Shown here one piece after another: positions 49,055-54,830 of a DNA stretch of 64,000 nt. A program made the translations under genes and the position numbers. The notes beneath the pieces are model-generated. The model ran no database searches. It was not told the DNA's origin and saw only the letters and a list, made by a program, of their open reading frames with translations. This DNA comes from a virus. Lineage: Duplodnaviria; Caudoviricetes. The stretch's first letter is position 1. Each line of letters begins with the position of its first letter. The stretch is taken from IMG/VR virus record IMGVR_UViG_3300028864_000017; one strand, given 5' to 3'.

Positions 49055-49579
49055 ATGAAAATAAGAACTGGATTTGTAAGCAATTCATCATCAAGTAGTT
49101 TTGTAGTTATCTTCCCATTTGAACCGAAATGTATGGAAGATGTAAAAAAAATTCTTTTTAGGGAAGAACAGTTATATTATGGAGATGAAAATTATTCTGT
49201 AAATAAAGTTTCAGAAACTATCTGGAATGATATATGTGATCAAACTAAGAATGATATTGATAAGGCAAGTGAAATAATATCGAATGGATATTTGGAAATG
49301 GAAAATGATGCTCCTGATTTTGATGATTTTAAATATATTGAAGATAGAAATGAAAGATGGGAAGCATTTGCAGAAGCTAAAGATAAATATTCAAAAAAAT
49401 TACTTAAAGAATTTTTCAATGTAAGAAAATTAAAACTTCAAGTTATTGATGGTAAAGAGGTAAATGATGGAGTGATGTATTGTTTTAGTTTTTCAGATAA
49501 TGATGGAGAATATTATAGTGCACTTGAACATGATGGAATATTCAACAAATTAAAAAATATAACTGTCAATTGTCATTGA
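49055..49579 (+). CDS. NSSSSS-motif protein 7
   Basis: MKIRTGFVSNSSSSSF; ends ITVNCH. Confidence 0.8.
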   Translation: MKIRTGFVSNSSSSSFVVIFPFEPKCMEDVKKILFREEQLYYGDENYSVNKVSETIWNDICDQTKNDIDKASEIISNGYLEMENDAPDFDDFKYIEDRNERWEAFAEAKDKYSKKLLKEFFNVRKLKLQVIDGKEVNDGVMYCFSFSDNDGEYYSALEHDGIFNKLKNITVNCH

Positions 49580-49585
49580 TTAAAT

Positions 49586-49613
49586 AAAAAAGCTTCTAAA
49601 AAGAAGCTTTTTT
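49586..49613. terminator. Bidirectional terminator
   Basis: aaaaagcttct-aaaa-agaagcttttttt. Confidence 0.75.
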
Positions 49614-49855
49614 TATTTCCAATTTCTTTTTGCTCTAATAGCAAAATTAATTTCTTGTTCTTGATCAATAATACTCTTTGGAACATCTTTGCCTTCATCT
49701 TGATATTTCTTACTTCTTTTTTTAAGTGATGATAATTCACTCTCCAACTCATCAATAGTTTTACCTGCATGTTCACCAGTATGTTTAACTTTAACTTTCT
49801 CATCCCATTTTTCATTCATAGATTTATAATCTATAAAATTTTTCATCATTTTCAT
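49613..49855 (-). CDS. Small protein with capsid-targeting-like N-terminus
   Basis: MKNFIDYKSMNEKWD; EINFAIRAKRNWK. Confidence 0.7.
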   Translation of the reverse strand: MKMMKNFIDYKSMNEKWDEKVKVKHTGEHAGKTIDELESELSSLKKRSKKYQDEGKDVPKSIIDQEQEINFAIRAKRNWK

Positions 49856-50033
49856 GTTTATAATATCATTTTCAGTATATATTTATATTGTAATGTTATC
49901 AAACTATAAAATATAAATGAAAATATAAGTAAAATATTAAAAAACAATAAAATATTTGGTAAACAATTCAAACCGAAGTACATTTGTATTGAAATTAAAA
50001 CAACAATCATTTAAATCATCTAAATTAAAAATT

Positions 50034-50198
50034 ATGACTACTAATTCAAGTAAATCAGAAAAAGTTTTCTTTTTGACTAAATCAGAATACAATGGAATTA
50101 AAGAAGTTGTAAATCTAAAAAATTTCACCAGAGTTCCAGGTGCAAATAAAGAAGTTGGTGGCTTCTCATTTTATGCAAAGAAAGAAAATGTTCTATAA
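50034..50198 (+). CDS. 54-aa protein, copy 1
   Basis: MTTNSSKSEKVFFLTKSEYNGIKEVVNLKNFTRVPGANKEVGGFSFYAKKENVL. Confidence 0.7.
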   Translation: MTTNSSKSEKVFFLTKSEYNGIKEVVNLKNFTRVPGANKEVGGFSFYAKKENVL

Positions 50199-50291
50199 AA
50201 AATCATAAAATATTTTGACAATTTAAAAAAATATAGTAATTTTGTATTGAAAATAAAACAATAATCATTTAAATCATTTAAATTAAACATT

Positions 50292-50462
50292 ATGACAACT
50301 AATTCAAGTAAATCAACAAAAGTTTTCTTTTTGACTCAAAATGAGTATAATGTTATTAAAGAGGTAGTAAACCTTAAAAATTTCACCAGAGTTCCAGGAA
50401 TAAATAAAGAAGTTGGTGGCTTCTCATTTTATGCAAAGAAAGAAAAAGAACTTGCAATGTAA
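50292..50462 (+). CDS. 56-aa protein, copy 2
   Basis: MTTNSSKSTKVFFLTQNEYNVIKEVVNLKNFTRVPGINKEVGGFSFYAKKEKELAM; missed by the ORF track. Confidence 0.7.
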   Translation: MTTNSSKSTKVFFLTQNEYNVIKEVVNLKNFTRVPGINKEVGGFSFYAKKEKELAM

Positions 50463-50604
50463 TATAAAAAATAATATAGTATAAAAAATAACCTTTTTTT
50501 CTTAATTGAAAAGAAAGGTTATTTTTATAAAAATAAGATTATAAACATTTTGTAAATTGATAATTTTTTATTACTTTTATACTCCAAATTAAAAATAATT
50601 GAAT

Positions 50605-50835
50605 ATGAAATATAAAGTAGATTATTACACAAGCACTGGTACAATGTCAGACAATGATTTCATAGGTATATTTAATACTCCTAAAGAAGCCAGTGATGCA
50701 AAAACAGAGTACATAAAAGTGTATATGGGAGAATCAAAAGAAGAATATTGTGAACTAAACGAATGTGATGAAGAAGAATATTATGATGAATTAAAAAATT
50801 ATGAAAATTCAATAGTCATTGAACCAATATTATAA
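50605..50835 (+). CDS. Acidic hypothetical protein
   Basis: MKYKVDYY follows a TAnnTTTA promoter variant. Confidence 0.6.
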   Translation: MKYKVDYYTSTGTMSDNDFIGIFNTPKEASDAKTEYIKVYMGESKEEYCELNECDEEEYYDELKNYENSIVIEPIL

Positions 50836-50863
50836 TTTTTATTTATTTAAATAATAAGTTTAG

Positions 50864-51015
50864 AAACATTTGGTAGATTAAAAACTTTTTATTACTTTTG
50901 TACTATCATATTAAAAGTAGAAAAAAATGATAGTTTTTCATTAATATAAAAAAAAGATTGAAAAATGTTTGGTAGAATGAAAACTTTTTATTACTTTTGT
51001 ACTATCATATTAAAA
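50864..51015 (+). promoter_or_regulatory. Tandem duplicated Bacteroidota sigma70 promoters upstream of the tRNA locus
   Basis: Two ~50-bp copies: TTTG (50869)-20-TACTTTTG (50893) and TTTG (50968)-20-TACTTTTG (50992). Confidence 0.8.
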
Positions 51016-51113
51016 GAAAATAAAAAATAGAAAAAAATGACTTTTTTTCTATTATATATAACAAAGAATAAACTTTATAGAAAATAAAAACTAATATAAA
51101 AAAGCAAAACAAG

Positions 51114-51203
51114 ATGTATCGTAATCTATATATAAATGAGGAAATGTGTAACAACGAAATTATCAATAATATTGATGATACATCCCAATTGACTGAGAAA
51201 TAA
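51114..51203 (+). CDS. Putative attenuator leader peptide 1 (29 aa)
   Basis: MYRNLYINEEMCNNEIINNIDDTSQLTEK; last codons contain an antiterminator strand. Confidence 0.7.
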   Translation: MYRNLYINEEMCNNEIINNIDDTSQLTEK

Positions 51204-51262
51204 AATTAAGGCTTATGCCTATAATTATAAATCCAGTCAATTAAAAAATGACTGGATTTTTT
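51187..51262 (+). terminator. Attenuator 1: terminator with competing antiterminator
   Basis: Stem 51229-51239/51249-51259 plus T-run; AATTGACTG (51187-51195) complements CAGTCAATT (51234-51242). Confidence 0.8.
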
Positions 51263-51265
51263 GTT

Positions 51266-51499
51266 ATGAAAAAAGTTAAAGAAAATAAAATTGATGAATC
51301 AGCAGAAGTAGTAAATAAAATTCAAAAAAATTATGATGAACTGAAAAGGAAATCTGATAGAACTGAAAAATTTATAATGTTTGCTGATAAAATCAAAATT
51401 GATTATAGTGAAGTTCCTAAAACAGAAAAAGGAATGAATTCAAAAGCAAAAGAGATTGCTAAGAAACTTTATAAGAAAATAGATAAAGAAAAAGATTAA
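51266..51499 (+). CDS. Hypothetical basic protein downstream of attenuator 1
   Basis: Probable start MKKVKENK. Confidence 0.6.
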   Translation: MKKVKENKIDESAEVVNKIQKNYDELKRKSDRTEKFIMFADKIKIDYSEVPKTEKGMNSKAKEIAKKLYKKIDKEKD

Positions 51500-51506
51500 A
51501 ATATAT

Positions 51507-51578
51507 CGCGCGGTAGGGAAGTGATACCCCGCAAGGCTCATAACCTTGAGAACGCTGGTTTGAGTCCAGCCTGCGCAA
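51507..51578 (+). tRNA. tRNA-Met(CAT), initiator-like
   Basis: C1:A72 mismatch; caagg-CTCATAA-ccttg; T arm gctgg-TTTGAGT-ccagc. Confidence 0.8.
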
Positions 51579-51583
51579 CAATT

Positions 51584-51664
51584 AAAAAACTATATTGAAC
51601 AGCACCTCACTGGTAATGGGGACAATGCGAGTACACTAGCAGCTAAACTCAAAATAGTTTTTTT
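51584..51664 (+). ncRNA. tRNA-like structured element with Thr(GGT)-type anticodon hairpin
   Basis: Outer stem actat.ttga/tcaa.atagt, ACAGCA, cctca-CTGGTAA-tgggg; no canonical D or T arms. Confidence 0.45.
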
Positions 51665-51691
51665 AAAAATAATAAATTAAAAGTAAATATC

Positions 51692-51826
51692 ATGAATAAC
51701 ATTAATAACATATACAGCATTTATCGCAATTGTAATATTAATTACAATATGGAAGAGATATGTATTAATATGATTAATAATGATTATATTAATGATGATG
51801 AAAATAATGTAGGAAGAACTGGATAA
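51692..51826 (+). CDS. Putative attenuator leader peptide 2 (44 aa)
   Basis: MNNINNIYSIYRNCNINYNMEEICINMINNDYINDDENNVGRTG; no K, L or F. Confidence 0.75.
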   Translation: MNNINNIYSIYRNCNINYNMEEICINMINNDYINDDENNVGRTG

Positions 51827-51890
51827 GTTAAAAAATTATTATGTGAATAATAAAAAAACTCAGTTCTTAAAAATAAGAACTGAGTTTTTT
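51814..51890 (+). terminator. Attenuator 2: terminator with competing antiterminator
   Basis: Stem CTCAGTTCTT (51859-68)/AAGAACTGAG (51875-84) plus T6; AAGAACTG (51814-21) complements CAGTTCTT (51861-68). Confidence 0.82.
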
Positions 51891-51933
51891 ATTTTTAAAT
51901 GCTCTTTGAAATACTAGATAATGAATAATAAAT

Positions 51934-52016
51934 GGGAGTAATGCTCAAATTGGTCAGGCGCAAAACTGTAAATTTTGTAACCTTTTAGGTCGTCAGTTCG
52001 AATCTGGCTGCTCCCA
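51934..52016 (+). tRNA. tRNA-Tyr(GTA)
   Basis: caaaa-CTGTAAA-ttttg, long variable arm, TTCGAAT. Confidence 0.9.
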
Positions 52017-52026
52017 CAAAAAACAC

Positions 52027-52098
52027 GATGCGTTCGTATATCGGAAAGTACTCTAGGTTTTCAACCTAGCAAGATGAGTTCAACTCTCATACGCATTA
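52027..52098 (+). tRNA. tRNA-Glu(TTC)
   Basis: gatgcgt/acgcatt; ctagg-TTTTCAA-cctag; atgag-TTCAACT-ctcat. Confidence 0.85.
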
Positions 52099-52106
52099 CA
52101 AAAAAT

Positions 52107-52179
52107 GGGATATAGGTCAAATGGTTAAGATGTCACCCCGTCACGGTGCACGGAGCGAGTTCGAATCTCGTATATCCCG
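52107..52179 (+). tRNA. tRNA-Asp(GTC) with C33
   Basis: gggatat/atatccc; loop CCGTCAC; TTCGAAT. Confidence 0.85.
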
Positions 52180-52202
52180 CTTATTATCAAAAAATTAAAA
52201 AT

Positions 52203-52290
52203 GCATTGGTTGCTTTAGTCGGTCGAAAAGTCTGGTCTGTTAAACCAGTAAGAGTAATCTTCAACGTAGGTTCGAATCCTATCCAGTGCG
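52203..52290 (+). tRNA. tRNA-Asn(GTT) with long variable arm
   Basis: gcattgg/ccagtgc; ctggt-CTGTTAA-accag; aaga-GTAA-tctt extra arm. Confidence 0.85.
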
Positions 52291-52296
52291 CAAAAA

Positions 52297-52368
52297 GGGA
52301 GTGTAGCTCAAAGGTAGAGCGTTTCGCTGTTAACGAAAGTGTTGGGATGTCGCAATTCCCCACTCCCG
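52297..52368 (+). tRNA. tRNA-Asn(GTT) with atypical T loop
   Basis: gggagtg/cactccc; tttcg-CTGTTAA-cgaaa; T loop ATGTCGCAAT lacks TTC. Confidence 0.8.
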
Positions 52369-52448
52369 CGAATAAATGATTAACTTTAAACTTTAATCTT
52401 TTTTAATATTATATATTTTTATATATACAATAAAAATATAAATAAATT

Positions 52449-53273
52449 ATGGAAAGCATTAAAACTAAAATATTATCATTAAGAAAAGAAGGAAAAACAT
52501 ACAATGAAATATCAGAATTATTAAATTGTTCAAAAGGTACAATATCTTATCATTGTAAAAAATTATATAATAATATTGAATTAAATAAAAAAAACACAAA
52601 ATTATCAAATTTAAAAAAATTAAAAAATATACCAAATATAGATTTTGGTGATGAGATATCTGATGAGATTTTTAAAAAAGTTATTGAATATCGAATAAAT
52701 GGTAATACATATGAAGAAATAATAGAAAAAACTAAATTATCTTTAGATAAAATTAAAAAAATATGCAGATTAAATAATATCAATGATGGTAATTATAAAA
52801 AAAATAATTATTGTAAAATATATGAAAACGTTAATAATGATGACGTTATTGAAATGCAAAAATACTATGATGAATGTAAAAGTACAAGAAAAGTATCTAA
52901 AAAATTCAATATTGGTAGATATCAAATATCTAAAATTTTAATTATAAATAAAAAAGAAAAATTATCTAAAGAAGAGTATAAAATAAAAAGAAAAAATGAT
53001 ATTGTAAATAATGTTATTAGTTGGAGAAAAGATAAAAAAAGGAAACTTGTTGAATATAAAGGAGGAAAATGCGAAAGGTGTGGATATGATAAATGTATAG
53101 ATGTATTTGATTTTCATCATAAAGATCCTACTCAAAAAGATTTTGGAATAAGTGCAAAATCTTATTCATATGAAAGATTAAAAAAAGAAGTTGATAAATG
53201 TATGTTAGTGTGTAAAAATTGTCACACAGAAATACATTATGAAATAAAAAATAAAAATGGTTCTGGCGCATAA
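52449..53273 (+). CDS. HTH plus HNH endonuclease (homing-endonuclease-like) inside the tRNA array
   Basis: N-terminal HTH repeats; CERCGY ... FDFHHKDP ... KCMLVCKNCHTEIH. Confidence 0.88.
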   Translation: MESIKTKILSLRKEGKTYNEISELLNCSKGTISYHCKKLYNNIELNKKNTKLSNLKKLKNIPNIDFGDEISDEIFKKVIEYRINGNTYEEIIEKTKLSLDKIKKICRLNNINDGNYKKNNYCKIYENVNNDDVIEMQKYYDECKSTRKVSKKFNIGRYQISKILIINKKEKLSKEEYKIKRKNDIVNNVISWRKDKKRKLVEYKGGKCERCGYDKCIDVFDFHHKDPTQKDFGISAKSYSYERLKKEVDKCMLVCKNCHTEIHYEIKNKNGSGA

Positions 53274-53344
53274 CGGCTGGTGTACCTGACTGTCACTCAG
53301 GCTTCTCGTAAGGGATATAGGGAATTCGACTTTCCTCAGAACCG
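53259..53344 (+). tRNA. tRNA-Asp(GTC) with long variable arm
   Basis: ggttctg/cagaacc; cctga-CTGTCAC-tcagg; tctc-GTAA-ggga extra arm. Confidence 0.85.
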
Positions 53345-53354
53345 CAAAGATAAT

Positions 53355-53436
53355 GGAAATATCGCATAGTGGCAATTGCAACTGACTGTAAATCAGTTCT
53401 TTCACAAGTTCGTGGGTTCGAGTCCCTCTATTTCCA
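53355..53436 (+). tRNA. tRNA-Tyr(GTA)
   Basis: ggaaata/tatttcc; actga-CTGTAAA-tcagt; TTCGAGT. Confidence 0.9.
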
Positions 53437-53443
53437 CAAAAAT

Positions 53444-53517
53444 GACCGAGTGCCCGAATGGAATAAAGGGATAGTCTGCAAAACTATATTGTGTGGGTTC
53501 GAGTCCCACCTTGGCCT
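53444..53517 (+). tRNA. tRNA-Cys(GCA)
   Basis: atagt-CTGCAAA-actat; gtggg-TTCGAGT-cccac; U73. Confidence 0.88.
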
Positions 53518-53529
53518 CAATGAACATTA

Positions 53530-53601
53530 TGCCGAAGCTTAGTGGAAAAGAGATTTCTCTCATAAGGAAATCCAAATGAGTTCGAACCTCATATTCGGTA
53601 C
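53530..53601 (+). tRNA. tRNA-CAT (Met or Ile2)
   Basis: tttct-CTCATAA-ggaaa; atgag-TTCGAAC-ctcat; acceptor register slightly irregular. Confidence 0.75.
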
Positions 53602-53667
53602 AGAGTTTATTATTATGACTAGTATCATACTAATAGTATGTTATGATTAATAAAAATAAACTAAAAT

Positions 53668-53741
53668 AGTCTTGTATATCAGTCGGTTAGATTGTCATCC
53701 TGATAAGATGGAGGTCGTGAGTTCAAGTCTCACCAGGACTA
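53668..53741 (+). tRNA. tRNA-Ile(GAT)
   Basis: agtcttg/caggact; tcatc-CTGATAA-gatgg; TTCAAGT. Confidence 0.9.
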
Positions 53742-53752
53742 CTAAATAACAT

Positions 53753-53829
53753 TGGTGAATATACCCTCTGCCTGATAAGTAGTAGAAAGGTTAATTGGTC
53801 ACATGTGGGTTCAATTCCCACTTCACCAA
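53753..53829 (+). tRNA. Non-canonical D-arm-less tRNA-Ile(GAT)-like RNA
   Basis: tggtgaa/ttcacca; only 7 nt before the anticodon arm ctgc-CTGATAA-gtag; 21-nt insert with AAGGTTAATTGGT; gtggg-TTCAATT-cccac. Confidence 0.75.
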
Positions 53830-53842
53830 CAATAAAAAACAC

Positions 53843-53921
53843 ACTGTCGTATCCCCACTGGCTTATATCCAGTCATTAACAAGGTAATTGGTGTATGAGG
53901 GTTCAAGTCCCTTCGGCAGTA
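53843..53921 (+). tRNA. Non-canonical D-arm-less tRNA-Ile(TAT)-like RNA
   Basis: actgtcg/cggcagt; 7 nt then actgg-CTTATAT-ccagt; 23-nt insert with AAGGTAATTGGT; gaggg-TTCAAGT-ccctt. Confidence 0.75.
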
Positions 53922-53934
53922 CAATAAACAACAA

Positions 53935-54059
53935 GGTAGTGTAACTCAAAAGCACAAAGGGGATAATTATGAAACTAGAATAAATAATTTGAAACGAGCG
54001 AAGGATAGAGTGCTGGGCCGATGTCTCAGAAGTTGATGGTTCGAGTCCATCTGCTACCA
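53935..54059 (+). tRNA. tRNA-like gene (GAT) with ~55-nt D-loop insertion
   Basis: ggtagtg/tgctacc; D stem actc/gagt; ctggg-CCGATGT-ctcag; gatgg-TTCGAGT-ccatc. Confidence 0.65.
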
Positions 54060-54067
54060 CAAAAATA

Positions 54068-54151
54068 TGTGATTAATATGACACAGGTAGTCATGTCAGT
54101 ATGTAAAACTGATCTCTTCGGAGGTTGTGGGTTCGAGCCCAACTAGTACCA
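54068..54151 (+). tRNA. Degenerate tRNA-Tyr(GTA)
   Basis: atgac/gtcat D stem, tcagt-ATGTAAA-actga, ctc-TTCG-gag, TTCGAG; acceptor stem poorly paired. Confidence 0.55.
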
Positions 54152-54219
54152 CAAAAAATATTTAATACAATTTATATTATTTATATAATTATCACTATTT
54201 ATATATAAATAAAAAAAAT

Positions 54220-54759
54220 ATGAATAAATTAGTCGAGAAATTTAAATCATCACAAGAAAAATTTGCAATATTTTTATCAGATTCATTATCTAGTATGACA
54301 ATGTTTTGGATAATTACAATATTAGTTATATTTCCATTATTTTTTAGTCAGCCATCAGGTTTAGTTGCATGGATGCAATATTTAGTATCAGTTTTCTTTC
54401 AAGGAGTAGCATTACCAGTTTTAGGATATATTGCTAAGATAAGTGGAAGTAGAACTGATGCAATAATATCAAAGATTGAAGAATTATCCGAAAAAATAGA
54501 AGCTATGACAGAGCATATAAATGTTGATGTTGATGACATAAAAACTCATGTAGTTGATATTGATATTGAATTAAAAGATGTAGATACTGATGTTAGTGAC
54601 ATAAAAAGTCATGTTGATGATATAGATATTGAGTTAAAGTATGCTGACACAGACGTTAATGAAATACAAAATCATGTTGATAATATACAAGAAGATTTAA
54701 AAAATGTAGACTTTGACATAAATAACATTCAAGATAATATAGAAAAAGAAAAAAAATAA
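54220..54759 (+). CDS. DUF1003-like membrane protein with 21-aa coiled-coil repeats
   Basis: 2 TM; repeats DVDTDVSDIKSHVDDIDIELK; TATATAAATA upstream. Confidence 0.65.
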   Translation: MNKLVEKFKSSQEKFAIFLSDSLSSMTMFWIITILVIFPLFFSQPSGLVAWMQYLVSVFFQGVALPVLGYIAKISGSRTDAIISKIEELSEKIEAMTEHINVDVDDIKTHVVDIDIELKDVDTDVSDIKSHVDDIDIELKYADTDVNEIQNHVDNIQEDLKNVDFDINNIQDNIEKEKK

Positions 54760-54830
54760 TTTACATTAAAATTATCATTGTATAAAAATTTTAATATAAT
54801 TTGTACTATTTATACATAAAGACAAATGAT

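Larger units (their letters stand above)
49985..50462 (+). repeat. Tandem duplication of a promoter plus small-gene unit
   Basis: Two near-identical units beginning tgtattgaaa ... aacaa.aatcatttaaatcat. Confidence 0.85.

Noticed and set aside
44588-49100. CRISPR-like or DGR-like repeats formed by atgaaaataagaaatggatttgt
   Set aside because: These are gene starts with synonymous variation and irregular spacing; no cas or reverse transcriptase gene is in the window
44588-49579. NSSSSS tag as a type IV prepilin (G|F) leader
   Set aside because: G-F is not followed by the hydrophobic helix with Glu5
51584-51664. PreQ1 or other known riboswitch
   Set aside because: Consensus elements are absent; kept only as an unknown tRNA-like RNA
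52146-52379. Plus-strand 77-aa ORF
   Set aside because: Runs through three tRNA genes
53205-53405. Minus-strand 66-aa ORF
   Set aside because: Antisense to the HNH end and tRNA genes
53863-54060. Minus-strand 65-aa ORF
   Set aside because: Antisense shadow of tRNA genes
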